Source: a virus. From it: 64,000 nucleotides of DNA. The notes below the pieces were generated by a model that did not search any database, was not told where the DNA came from, and worked only from the letters and a program-made list of their open reading frames with translations. The translations under genes and the position numbers were made by a program. This document shows, one piece after another, positions 8,827 through 19,153 of the stretch; positions within the stretch are counted from its first letter, which is position 1, and every line of letters starts with the position of its first letter. The stretch covers positions 1 to 64,000 of the IMG/VR virus record IMGVR_UViG_3300027861_000017, one strand, 5' to 3'.

Positions 8827-9449
8827 TGCATCGTTTTTAGATTACCTAAACATAGACTATTAAGGAACTCACGAAAATCATCAATATTCTCGTATCTGTA
8901 TCCCATTGTGTCCATATCATCTGATGTTATTTCTCCACCATTAAGATGCCTCTCTACAACCTCTTTTCTCTTGGCATCTATATGATCATTCTCTTCCCTA
9001 TCCAATCTTATCCCACCTGAAGCTGGATATTCATTGATACTAATAACCTTATGAGACGAATCTGACTCTTTGCCATGCTCGAATATCCCATCATCGCTAC
9101 AACACACTATTGCTTCATGACAACAATTCTCCCCATCTCTCATCAAGAGAGCGAAATAACAACCTTTCTTTCTTTTAAAATCGCCCAAATATTCATTATT
9201 ATAAGTAATGATATCATCGCTATTTCTATGTGCTTCTTTATCACGATATTTAATATTGATATATTTAGGGCCGACCATTTTCCGACGAGAACGATTATCT
9301 TTGTGTATTGTCTCTAACAAATCAAATCCATAATCGAATTCATCTATTATATATCTACCACTTTCTATATCATCAGCCATACTTCTGAAAGCTTTACACA
9401 TCATCTTCTTCACTTCTTCTGTTTGGCAATCTTGGAACTTGTATTTCAT
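8823..9449 (-). CDS. Hypothetical protein
   Basis: About 208 aa ORF with GGAGGGGAG RBS. Confidence 0.6.
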   Translation of the reverse strand: MKYKFQDCQTEEVKKMMCKAFRSMADDIESGRYIIDEFDYGFDLLETIHKDNRSRRKMVGPKYINIKYRDKEAHRNSDDIITYNNEYLGDFKRKKGCYFALLMRDGENCCHEAIVCCSDDGIFEHGKESDSSHKVISINEYPASGGIRLDREENDHIDAKRKEVVERHLNGGEITSDDMDTMGYRYENIDDFREFLNSLCLGNLKTMQ

Positions 9450-9461
9450 ACTCCCCTCCAA

Positions 9462-9507
9462 TAAAAAAGACCCAGCATGTCGATAATATACCGACTTACT
9501 AGGTCTT
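9462..9507 (-). terminator. Hairpin plus U-tract (terminator-like)
   Basis: AAGACCUAG...CUGGGUCUU followed by UUUU. Confidence 0.55.
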
Positions 9508-9542
9508 AATTGAACCCTTTTATTTTATTTGATTATTTTATA

Positions 9543-10556
9543 TTAGCAAGGCTTCCTCTTGAAGTCATTGTAGGTACAGCCTTTTTCACTGTGGGCACTA
9601 CGATGACAATCCTTGCATAAAGTGACGCACATGTCCAAATCGGCTGATAACACAGGGTTTATTTCCACGCCTTCTAGGTGGTGACAGTGAAGCTTGGCTT
9701 CAACTCCCTTGCCGCACCTTATGCATTCCCAATTATCCCTCGCTAAAACTAGCTGCCTGAGAGCTGGTTGCACCTCGCGAGAAGTTGCCTCCTTGAAACT
9801 TTTAGGACGTACTCTTTGATTATATATCGGACATGATTTCTTACACCCCTCAGAACAATAAAAGTTGCCTTCGAAGGGTCTATTACCTTTAAAATATTGA
9901 CTTCTATTATCTACTTGCGTTACATTTGGAGTAAACCATTGGTTACAATAAATACATTTTACTTGTAATATCTCACTGTCTTCAAGGTGTCTTCTGCATT
10001 CATCATAGAACAGTTGTTCTTTATATAAATTATAATTAGCTGGACCTTGACGGTATTCTTCTTTATATTCCCTTCTGCGTTTCGCAACTTCTGGCCTATA
10101 GTAATATTCTTTTTTGTTCTTTTTACCCTTTGTACTTTGGGCATATTCTCTATTACGTTTTTTAATTTCTGGACTCTGACGATATTCCTTATCACGTTCT
10201 ATTATTTCTAGTCTTTGACGATACTCCTTCCTATATTCTTTCCCTCGCTCCTTAATCTCTGGTCTTTGACGATACTCCTTAGCATATTTCTTTCTACGTT
10301 CTTTGTTCTCTGGGTTTTCATTATATTTCTTAATGCGCTCTATCACGTCTGTTCTTTGTCGATATTCTTTTTGATACTCCCTTTTACGTTCTCGGTATTC
10401 AGATCTTTGATAGTATTCTTTATCATAGTTTTCTTTATGCTCTATTACTTCCGGCCTTTTGCGGTATTCTTTTTGATATTCCTTTTTACGCTTTACTACC
10501 TTTGGCCTTTGATTATATTCTTTCCTATATATTCCTATGCATTGAATGTCAAGCTT
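9543..10556 (-). CDS. HNH endonuclease with EYRQRPE-type helical repeats; 5' end unclear
   Basis: RDNWECIRCG...LHCHH...CVTLCKDCHRSAH; the frame stays open from 10556, directly after the portal stop, but the first canonical start is GTG 10346. Confidence 0.8.
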   Translation of the reverse strand, partial: KLDIQCIGIYRKEYNQRPKVVKRKKEYQKEYRKRPEVIEHKENYDKEYYQRSEYRERKREYQKEYRQRTDVIERIKKYNENPENKERRKKYAKEYRQRPEIKERGKEYRKEYRQRLEIIERDKEYRQSPEIKKRNREYAQSTKGKKNKKEYYYRPEVAKRRREYKEEYRQGPANYNLYKEQLFYDECRRHLEDSEILQVKCIYCNQWFTPNVTQVDNRSQYFKGNRPFEGNFYCSEGCKKSCPIYNQRVRPKSFKEATSREVQPALRQLVLARDNWECIRCGKGVEAKLHCHHLEGVEINPVLSADLDMCVTLCKDCHRSAHSEKGCTYNDFKRKPC

Positions 10557-12629
10557 TTATTGTATTGGTATAATGCGGCATTCGCACCCGCTATGAATTG
10601 GCGGATGAAACTTGTCAGATCTCATATATATGGTACTTTCTTTTTGACCCTCTGGTGGTTGAGATGTTAAGGGGTCCCCTTTCAAGAAAAAGGGCTTGTC
10701 GATGCTAACCGTCTTACCATTTAATTGAGCGCAGAACGGACATGGGTCTGAATCAGTACGCCATACCATTCTCTTAACACCAGCCTGCTCTGCCATGTGT
10801 CTTACCATGGCTTGACTTTCGCGCACCATCTCATCTTTAGCTATTAAGGATGCTCTTTTAGCTTGCCATTGTGCTGTTCTCTTGGTAATTTCTTCGTAGA
10901 CATCTTTTTCTACACCCTTTAGTATTTTATCCAACTGACCCATGGAACTTCCTATGTGTCTCTTGATATAAACATCCATATAGGATTGGGTCCACTGTTC
11001 AAGTTCCATTGTCCAACCCTTAAGAGTACCTAGCCTCTGCCCAACCTCAGCAGACACCTGCTGTAAAAAGACCTTTTGAGTGGGGAGCATGCGAAGTCTC
11101 ATGAATTCTGGAAGTTCTGAATAGAATGTCTCCATCCAAATCCTAAAATCAGCCCCACCCCTAGTATTAAGAAATTTCTGTGCAGCACGATTTATGGAAT
11201 TTACCTCTTTATTTAATACCAACTGTGCGACAATTTCTAATAATGGCTGAAAGTTCCTCTCTATTCTCTCTATGTCGCTATAGAAATCTGCTGTTTCCTT
11301 CTGAGCAAAATCACCCCTAAACTCTCTCTTACTATTCTTCTCATCCTCACCCTGATCATCGTCAGAGTCATCAGGATCATCATCGTTATTGCCAGCCATA
11401 TTATCTAACTTAGTCACCTTATTAGCTATCATAACATCGGCTGCATGCTCAAGTGGGAATAAATTTCCATCAATAAATCTTTGATCCCCGCCTTTTACTT
11501 TGTTTTTATTCTCCATCGCTCTAATATCATTAGGAGACCACACACCGCTTCTAAACCCATGATCATATGCGCCCCAACGTTTCTCAGTATCACCTCTCAA
11601 TAACCCATCTATTAAATGCTCCCAGAAGTACGTATCTCGCTCAGAATCGCTTAAAAGCTGAAGGGAATACCCTTGCTCTAATCTGACTAACCAAGTTCGT
11701 AGCGTATAGGTAACGAACTCTATACCTTGTTCCTCAATATTGGAAAAAGTGGCTTTATCGAGGTCTTTCAACATATGCGGAGGCATATTCGTCAACCTAG
11801 CAACTTCATTCACACTAAACTTCCTAGATTGCAACACCTGAGAATTCTCTGGATCAGACCCAAACTCTTTAAGCTTCATGCCCTCTTCGAGTATAGCCAC
11901 CCTATGGCTGTTAGATAGCCCAGCATTGACTTCGTTCCAAGATGTTTTTAAGTTATTAGCAGCATCCTTTCCTAAATCACCTGGATGCTCTATTACAACT
12001 GGAGGTTTCGCATTGTTACTAAAATACCTTCCCGCATACTCCTCTAACGCAGCAGATATACCAAGAGCTTCTTTACCCTTAGTAACCATGTTATAACCAA
12101 ATAATCCGTTAGGGCTTAAGCCTGATATATGTAATACTCGTTCTTTGGGTAGTAAAGCTTGTGTTCCGTCTGGGAGGTTGTATATGTATATTATTTTGCC
12201 GTCTATTCTCTTCCATGACATTTTATAAGGGAGTAGTGGCCATAATTCAGTTATAACGTTAGCGTTGTTTCTTGAAATTTCAGAATAATGATTGCCCCAT
12301 AACATTAAATGCAACATCATGGATTCTCTATAACTAATCGCACTCATTTCTGAATTCGGCTTTAATTTCAGTAAGTTATATAATGGATGGTCTACAGCTC
12401 GCTCTTTACCTATATCAATTCTTTCGTAAAGTGGCAATGGTAGTGAGCCTATAGTTCCTGCCAGAATCTGACATGCACACCACACTGCTGTTATGCTTAG
12501 AGCATCTTCCTCACTTATATTTTTGCCTGTATATGTTCTCGAACCCACCGCATCTAAAAGCCAACTACTTGGATTAGAAGGATGTGTGCGCTTTTCTGTA
12601 TTAGTATCTGCTAATCTTCTTGCGAACAT
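10557..12629 (-). CDS. HK97-family portal protein fused to a C-terminal MuF/gp7-like head morphogenesis domain
   Basis: AVWCACQILAGTIGSLPL, HPLYNLLKLKPN, LWGNHY, VLHISG, ATFSNIEEQ, SPNDIRAMEN; C-terminal WRT...CPFCAQLNGK...PPIHSGCEC. Confidence 0.93.
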   Translation of the reverse strand: MFARRLADTNTEKRTHPSNPSSWLLDAVGSRTYTGKNISEEDALSITAVWCACQILAGTIGSLPLPLYERIDIGKERAVDHPLYNLLKLKPNSEMSAISYRESMMLHLMLWGNHYSEISRNNANVITELWPLLPYKMSWKRIDGKIIYIYNLPDGTQALLPKERVLHISGLSPNGLFGYNMVTKGKEALGISAALEEYAGRYFSNNAKPPVVIEHPGDLGKDAANNLKTSWNEVNAGLSNSHRVAILEEGMKLKEFGSDPENSQVLQSRKFSVNEVARLTNMPPHMLKDLDKATFSNIEEQGIEFVTYTLRTWLVRLEQGYSLQLLSDSERDTYFWEHLIDGLLRGDTEKRWGAYDHGFRSGVWSPNDIRAMENKNKVKGGDQRFIDGNLFPLEHAADVMIANKVTKLDNMAGNNDDDPDDSDDDQGEDEKNSKREFRGDFAQKETADFYSDIERIERNFQPLLEIVAQLVLNKEVNSINRAAQKFLNTRGGADFRIWMETFYSELPEFMRLRMLPTQKVFLQQVSAEVGQRLGTLKGWTMELEQWTQSYMDVYIKRHIGSSMGQLDKILKGVEKDVYEEITKRTAQWQAKRASLIAKDEMVRESQAMVRHMAEQAGVKRMVWRTDSDPCPFCAQLNGKTVSIDKPFFLKGDPLTSQPPEGQKESTIYMRSDKFHPPIHSGCECRIIPIQ

Positions 12630-12641
12630 CTTTTTTGTTGG

Positions 12642-12869
12642 TTATCCTTTATTTTGGTCTATGGCTATCCCTAAAATGAATAGCTCTAACCCGAATATAG
12701 AAAGCGGAAGGCCTATACCTCCACAAAGGAAATATAGGCCTACACACAAAATTACTATTCCTGAAAATGATATTATATCACCAGCATACTCACATAACTT
12801 CATATGTGTATATGAGATTGCTTTTTTAATAGATGACATAATTTTCTTAAAATAATTACTTGACTTCAT
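12642..12869 (-). CDS. Small two-TM membrane protein preceding the portal
   Basis: Two hydrophobic segments; a small TM gene often sits between terL and portal in HK97-like phages. Confidence 0.6.
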   Translation of the reverse strand: MKSSNYFKKIMSSIKKAISYTHMKLCEYAGDIISFSGIVILCVGLYFLCGGIGLPLSIFGLELFILGIAIDQNKG

Positions 12870-13755
12870 ATCCCCATTTCCCCATCGTATCTATAAATTT
12901 CCCTCTTTCTTGTTTCTTAATCTTGTGCGTTATTAAATCGTGTTTAGAGATTTTAATAGAGTCAAAGTGTTTTATTGTCAATTCCGTTGGTTCGGAATCA
13001 TATTTAGCTTTCATGAACTGCATTATATCTAATTTATATTCTAAAAATCTTTCATAATTCATGCAGTATTTATGGTCTGGATCATGCTCCTCATAAGCAT
13101 CCATCAAAACCCGCCACACATGAGCACATCTTGTTATCTGATTGTATTTCTTTTTATCTAAATAGAAATCTTTTTCGAAAATAGAAAAATGTGGAGTCTC
13201 AAATCCTGGCCCACTCTGCATCAAATCTACAGCCTTGTCAAAATACTCATCAGTATACCAACCTCTAGCTAATGATGATTGTATTACATCACTACCATTC
13301 CTCACACAATGCATGATATGACAATTAGGAAATAACTCCATTAAGAATGGTAAATTAGTTTGGGCTTCATTTGTTTTAATAATGAAAACTGGCTTAAAAT
13401 CTAAAACCTGTTCTCTATTGGTTATCTTCGTATATTCACCTGAACTACATTCTCCAACTAACTCATTACCATACCAATAATTTCTGTAATAAGATTCATT
13501 ATCCTTTACAGCATTTATACTTCTCCATGTCATCTGTTGTGCAAAGTAATCTTCAAATATCATTCCCCTGATACCTTCCAGATCACAATCTTTATACATT
13601 GGAGCATATTTAAGTATAGCTGGCTCATATAGATAAAGCGTGTTAGTAAAAGACCCTAATATCTTTCCCATTAAAGATGTTCCGGATCTTCCTACACCAG
13701 TTATTATTAATACTCTCCCCCTGAAAATATCAGCATAATTTATTGCTGGTCGCAT
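12856..13755 (-). CDS. PAPS-dependent sulfotransferase family protein
   Basis: IITGVGRSGTSLM (5'-PSB loop), LYEP, HCVRNGSDVIQS (3'-PB motif), YERF. Confidence 0.85.
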   Translation of the reverse strand: MRPAINYADIFRGRVLIITGVGRSGTSLMGKILGSFTNTLYLYEPAILKYAPMYKDCDLEGIRGMIFEDYFAQQMTWRSINAVKDNESYYRNYWYGNELVGECSSGEYTKITNREQVLDFKPVFIIKTNEAQTNLPFLMELFPNCHIMHCVRNGSDVIQSSLARGWYTDEYFDKAVDLMQSGPGFETPHFSIFEKDFYLDKKKYNQITRCAHVWRVLMDAYEEHDPDHKYCMNYERFLEYKLDIMQFMKAKYDSEPTELTIKHFDSIKISKHDLITHKIKKQERGKFIDTMGKWGYEVK

Positions 13756-13829
13756 ATTTACCCCCATAAATAGCTAGAGCCGCCTATTTCTAGACGACTT
13801 CGTTACTGTTTCTACACATGGCAGATCAG

Positions 13830-14144
13830 CTAATCCGTATTAATTCTGTATTTTCTTGCTATTTCGTTTATTATTCTTGCATCATAAAATTTATCTTTTA
13901 ACATTGCTTCAACGTTTTCCAATGCTTCAAAATAAAACTTATAATCAATTTCATCTTCATATAAATATGGAGCAGAATTTGGCCCAACTAACTGGCATAT
14001 AAAATGATCTCTTAAATTGTCTTGACATATAAAAACACCCCAATCGTGGGAGCATTCTTCTATATATCCAAGGCCCTTTTCGCCATAACAATCAATGTAA
14101 TCTACCACAGTGTCTTGAAAAATCTCTAAATTATCTAGCATCAT
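13830..14144 (-). CDS. Hypothetical protein, paralog of 25541..25882
   Basis: GVFICQDNLRDHFICQLVGP vs GITIVCDSDRDRYLSCLKGP; MLKDKFYD vs MIKDGFFD. Confidence 0.55.
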   Translation of the reverse strand: MMLDNLEIFQDTVVDYIDCYGEKGLGYIEECSHDWGVFICQDNLRDHFICQLVGPNSAPYLYEDEIDYKFYFEALENVEAMLKDKFYDARIINEIARKYRINTD

Positions 14145-14471
14145 CCTTCCCCATCACATTCATCACAACAATATTCGACATTATCATTATCTAAATATTG
14201 AGCCATAGCTTTACTAGCTGTAATCGCAATTATCCCCAAGATACCGTATATTCATCCGTGCCTTCGTTGTAAGACCAAGTATATCCCTTTGTCTCTAAAA
14301 AGGACAAATTCTCCGGAGTTGTATATTGATTAGCTGATACAGTTAATGATAAATCACCGGCTGTAGCAGCATTAGTTATAGCTGTCTCTATTGCGTCCAT
14401 ATTGGCATTCGACACTGAAAATGCTAATTTTCTTGCATTATGTGCTTTTATCATGTCTTATTTCCTTATAG

Positions 14472-15329
14472 TTAAATTTTCTCTGGTTTAGGCACATCTA
14501 CCTTCTTTACTTTCTTCTTGGCTTTTTTCTTCACCTTGCGTTTCAGCTCCTTTCCTGTAAAGGCTACCAACTCCTCAAAAAGTAAACAGCTAGGACAAAC
14601 CCCATTATCCAATATAGGCTTCTTAAAGTATCCATCACACACACCACACGGCGCATACGTTTGGCTTGTCTTCTTGTCGAAGCATCTTACGTTCTGAAGC
14701 CCACCCTTGTGTCTTACATCAATATCATTGTAGTAATAAACCCCAGAGAAACCATACCCAGAATAATCATCAAGACCACCGTTGCTATGAAAGTTCGTAT
14801 CATTAGTCCATTCCCCCGCTTCCTCATTGATTAATGTAACATGGCCATAACGGTCCATAAATATAAGTTTAGACATATTGTCTTTGCAATATCTTTCAAG
14901 GCAGTCTATTATAGCTGGTATTTCTAGGAAATCTTTTGGTAATTTGTTTAATATTTCATCATTGAACTTCTGAGTATCTGATCTTCCATCATCCACATTA
15001 TTCTTAAAGTAAGGACTGAATTCGAAGAAATTACCGTTGTGTACAAAGGCGAGATGTTTATTTACAAAGAAGGGGTGGCAAGTGTCGTCGTTCTTGTCAC
15101 TTGTTGAGGCAGTTCTAAAGTGTAGAACCACATTAGAAAGTGGGTAGTGCTTTACTGTTATATCGTATTTTCTATGGAATTCTTTATAATCCATGTACCC
15201 CTTTTTTACATGGAGGAGTCCATGCTCTGCGAACATGAATCCACATCCATCGGGGTTGGATTTGTGAAAATTCTTTAAATCTTTTGGGTTTATTCCACTT
15301 TCTGCTGGTTTATAAATTGCTATGCACAT
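14472..15329 (-). CDS. Class II (Ntn) glutamine amidotransferase, YafJ-like
   Basis: N-terminal Cys (MCIAIYKP), NPDGCG, LHFRTAS, CHPF, FVHNG, SDT motifs. Confidence 0.88.
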   Translation of the reverse strand: MCIAIYKPAESGINPKDLKNFHKSNPDGCGFMFAEHGLLHVKKGYMDYKEFHRKYDITVKHYPLSNVVLHFRTASTSDKNDDTCHPFFVNKHLAFVHNGNFFEFSPYFKNNVDDGRSDTQKFNDEILNKLPKDFLEIPAIIDCLERYCKDNMSKLIFMDRYGHVTLINEEAGEWTNDTNFHSNGGLDDYSGYGFSGVYYYNDIDVRHKGGLQNVRCFDKKTSQTYAPCGVCDGYFKKPILDNGVCPSCLLFEELVAFTGKELKRKVKKKAKKKVKKVDVPKPEKI

Positions 15330-15939
15330 CTATTTTATTCTTCCTCTGTTTTTTAAAAAAATTATTGGAACCATGGGTTTAGTTTTAGTGAATATGGGTC
15401 GTCGTAAATCACAAACCTGCTTCCAGACACACCAAAACATATCTTAGAAGTAGTTATTAATGAATCTGTAACTATTCCATCTATCTTTATATGATAAGTA
15501 GTGAAGGGTTTAGATATATATTGAGGCATCCTACAATGATAGCGCATGTTTTTACTAGCGATTACCACATCTTCTTCCAATAATTCTAATATCAATTACA
15601 TATCCTCTTTAATTCGATAATGTTTATCTCACACTCTTTAGCCGATTCGACCATACCCTCTATCGCTACACTACTCCTAACCGTATCTAATATTAATATA
15701 AGTCTGTCTATTGGTTTCATATCAGTGTATATCATCATGTCTACAACCGTTAAATTTAAAATTCTTATCTAAATAAATAAGAGACCTAAATTCTCCAGTA
15801 TAAAAATGGTCTATTAATTCTCCATTAATTACTGAATAAAGATTAGAGTTAGAGCCTATTACAAACCCAGTAAATGCAAAACCACTACAATCGTTAGCTT
15901 GATATATTAAGATATCTTCTTTGAATATTTGAATTATCA

Positions 15940-17013
15940 CTACACACATTCCCTCTTTAGCATATAAGGTCTTTCGGGCTTATCAGTCTTCACTAAAACG
16001 TCTTTGTTCACAAACTTACCTATCACATCCCAAAACTCTCCTTCATCCATTCCAAAGTAATCCAGATAATAATCGAGATATTCAACAGGGAATTGCCCAT
16101 CAAGCAAATTAACCAATCCGACACCTTCTTCACGACTTAACCTCCCTCTCCTGACTTCTATACTCACATCTGATGTACATCTACCAAATCCAAACTTGAC
16201 AAACATTAAATAAGCATGCAGATCCTGCATTACATCATCTAACTGGCTATAATTAGTGAATGTTCCTATACTGCCACTAACCATCATCTGCATATTACAT
16301 TTGGTCTTAGCTATTATAGCATGATGCTCTGGGTCCCAATCTTGAAACTTAGACCAGTGAGTAGCATATAGTTTGTCTAGATCTTTCTGTTTGGGTAAAG
16401 TCCAGAGATCCCCGTATCTCTTAGGGTCAAATCCGGAGTAGTAATATTTGATAAGATATTCTCTGTCTATCTTCTCATTAGCATCCTGAGCACCACCATA
16501 CTCTTTCTCCCCTTCTTCTCCGTACATTATAAAGGGTATATTATATTCGACAGCCTTATTGAGTATGGTAGTTGATATCCCAGTAACGAATGGTAGCTTA
16601 GGCCTCCCCTGTTCTATGAAACCCATCTTTGCTATTTCTCTATATTTATCAACCGGTATATCTATAGTCTGGTGATCAAATCCGGAGTCTATGAAATTCT
16701 TCAGGTTTTGGTATCCAAGCCAAGTTTGAATCTGAGGTAACACTGTTATGCACAGGGGGTTCATGTCTAGTTCGTGTTTCATCATCCACGCAACGTAGGA
16801 ACCATCTTTACCACCTGAGCATGGCACTATTGCATCGTACTCTCCCTTACCCCTAAATCTATCACACAGTGCTTCTAGTTTATCCCATCGCTCATTCCAG
16901 TCTATTGTGGTCTGTTTTTCGTCGTGCCATGTACACGCACTACAAACACCATCATCATTAAATGTTAAGCGTGGTCTAGTGTCTGGTGTGACACATCTTG
17001 TACAATACTTCAT
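15940..17013 (-). CDS. N-acetyl sugar amidotransferase (WbuX/PseA/PtmG-like acetamidino synthase)
   Basis: CTRCVTPDTRPRLTF...GVCSAC, PP-loop VPCSGGKDGSY, YGEEGEKEYGG, KFGFGRCTSD. Confidence 0.88.
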   Translation of the reverse strand: MKYCTRCVTPDTRPRLTFNDDGVCSACTWHDEKQTTIDWNERWDKLEALCDRFRGKGEYDAIVPCSGGKDGSYVAWMMKHELDMNPLCITVLPQIQTWLGYQNLKNFIDSGFDHQTIDIPVDKYREIAKMGFIEQGRPKLPFVTGISTTILNKAVEYNIPFIMYGEEGEKEYGGAQDANEKIDREYLIKYYYSGFDPKRYGDLWTLPKQKDLDKLYATHWSKFQDWDPEHHAIIAKTKCNMQMMVSGSIGTFTNYSQLDDVMQDLHAYLMFVKFGFGRCTSDVSIEVRRGRLSREEGVGLVNLLDGQFPVEYLDYYLDYFGMDEGEFWDVIGKFVNKDVLVKTDKPERPYMLKRECV

Positions 17014-17526
17014 CTCCCCCTCCCCCTTTAACCGTTCACTACGTTCTGCAATCCATCACACTGGGTACATTTATATACTTGAACTTCTGGATACCTGTGA
17101 ACTGTGAAACCACTATGAATCATTTCCACATCACATACTTGACATACTATTTCCCCATCATTTCTGTCTAGAACGTAATTCTTAGTTTCTATATATAATG
17201 TGTTAGACTTCATGTTATCCTTGGGCTTCCTAATGTACAATGGCATATACCTGATGCGTGTGGGTTGTTTTTGGGATTATTGGAGCAGGTAGCACAAGCG
17301 TCAGTTTCCCAACAATCACTGTGGCTTAAACCATCTAACCATTCCAATCCCTCATAAAACACATCGTCATATCTTGGCTCAGTTATCGGCTTGACTCTTT
17401 TTCTACGCTTATTAACTGAGTCTTTTATCTTTTTTCTTATATCGGGAATACCTGCACCAATATCAGATCCTTCTTCTAGTTCTAATATATAATCTATAGC
17501 ATCATCTTTGATATTAAGTTTATACA

Positions 17527-18324
17527 TTAATTCGACTCCATAACAGACAATATCTTATCCTTTACTTTTAGCTCTGCTTCTGTGGGTTCCTTTGCTGTGT
17601 TCTTTAGAGCCTTTTCCACATTCCTTATCATTGTGACCATTATCTTAAATCGATCTGGTTCTATGCTGGCTTTATGATCTGGTCCATCAGCATATCTATC
17701 CATTGTGATATGCTTCTCTATTATCCTGGCACCCCTAGCTACTGCTGCTATTGGTATTTCTATGCCGGAGGTGTGGTCGGAGAGGCCATCAAAATCACAA
17801 TAGTCATCTAAGAAGTTCGGTAATCTAACATTATCGTATGGCGTGGGATATTCAGTATTACACTCTAATAAAAAAAATGTTCCGGCTTGAAAATATCCAT
17901 AACCCATTACACGGTATTCAAAATCCAAAATATCAGATTGTAGTTGCATGCCAGTAGACGCTATTATTATTTCTGGATTCTTATCAAATATAGCCTTTGA
18001 ATATTCCTCATTATTTAATTTCCCACTAGGTATCTTCCAAGTAGTCATCCCCAACTCAGCCAGAAAATCAATGCTCCAGAAATCAAAAGGAGTGCAAAAC
18101 CAATCTAGCCCCAATCCTTCAGCATAAGACTTTAAGTTTATAAGGTCGTTATCGGATAATCTTAGATGCTCTATATCTGGAAAATGCCCCTCTCCCCATG
18201 CTTGAAACTTAACAGCATCAGCACCGGCACAATATGATTCATAAATAAGCTCTACAGCTTCTTCGTAAAGGCCGTTATGATTAACTCCGCACTCAGATAT
18301 TATATAGACTTTCGAGTTATCCAA
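17527..18324 (-). CDS. neuB: N-acetylneuraminate/legionaminate synthase (NeuB family), lacking the C-terminal SAF domain
   Basis: IISECGVNHNG, GADAVKFQ, CTPFD, KIPSG, STGM, CNTEYPT, GLSDHT, IIEKHIT, GPDHKAS. Confidence 0.92.
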   Translation of the reverse strand: MDNSKVYIISECGVNHNGLYEEAVELIYESYCAGADAVKFQAWGEGHFPDIEHLRLSDNDLINLKSYAEGLGLDWFCTPFDFWSIDFLAELGMTTWKIPSGKLNNEEYSKAIFDKNPEIIIASTGMQLQSDILDFEYRVMGYGYFQAGTFFLLECNTEYPTPYDNVRLPNFLDDYCDFDGLSDHTSGIEIPIAAVARGARIIEKHITMDRYADGPDHKASIEPDRFKIMVTMIRNVEKALKNTAKEPTEAELKVKDKILSVMESN

Positions 18325-19142
18325 AAGTTCCCCTCCTTCTTGGTATACATCTTATCAGCCTCTGGAACTAAAAGCTCCTTAATCTTTTCCCCAGGTCTCA
18401 AACCTACATACTTTATTTTACAATCTGGATGTATCTCTTTAGCCACATCCACTATCTTGCGCTCTTCCATTACAGGAACAAATATCTCTCCACCCTTCAT
18501 AATGTTGATGACTTCATAGATTCTCTCTGCCACTTCGTGAGGATGTATGAAATATCTAACCATATCTTTGTGTGTGACTGGGAATGTGTTAGTTCCATCA
18601 GCTTTGAGCTTGTTGAAATACTCAACCACTGATCCCCTAGATCCCCATATATTACCAAACCTTATTGATGCAAACTTTGTTTGGGAGGAGCCGCAATATT
18701 TATGTGCGTTAATAAAAAGCTCATCAGCAACTAGTTTAGAAGCTCCATAGAGGCTAGAAGGATCTACAGCCTTGTCTGTACTTATATGCAGGACTCTCTT
18801 AACATGCCTTTCTATGGCAGCATGCATTATATTCTCGGAACCAGTTATATTGGTGTGAATACCTTCTAGGGGTTCTCCCTCTAGTGTATCTATCTGCTTC
18901 AATGCAGCAGCATGAATAACTATATCAACATTCCTAAACGCCATATGCAGTCTATCACGACTTCGTATGTCACCTAAAAAATATCTTATCTTATCAATAC
19001 CCTTATAATCGTTCTTCATAAGGTATTGATTATATTCATTATTATTAAATACTATTATTCGGTCTACTTCTGGAGCCGATAAAAGTCTGTCTACTACATA
19101 TCTACCAACAGTACCGTTCCCACCCGTTACTAATACTTTCAT
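18300..19142 (-). CDS. pseB: UDP-GlcNAc 4,6-dehydratase, PseB/FlaA1-like
   Basis: LVTGGNGTVG, VIHAAALKQ, ISTDKAVDP, YGASK, RFGNIWGSRGSV, MKGGEIFVP, GLRPGEK. Confidence 0.85.
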   Translation of the reverse strand: MKVLVTGGNGTVGRYVVDRLLSAPEVDRIIVFNNNEYNQYLMKNDYKGIDKIRYFLGDIRSRDRLHMAFRNVDIVIHAAALKQIDTLEGEPLEGIHTNITGSENIMHAAIERHVKRVLHISTDKAVDPSSLYGASKLVADELFINAHKYCGSSQTKFASIRFGNIWGSRGSVVEYFNKLKADGTNTFPVTHKDMVRYFIHPHEVAERIYEVINIMKGGEIFVPVMEERKIVDVAKEIHPDCKIKYVGLRPGEKIKELLVPEADKMYTKKEGNFWITRKSI

Positions 19143-19153
19143 GAATCATATCC

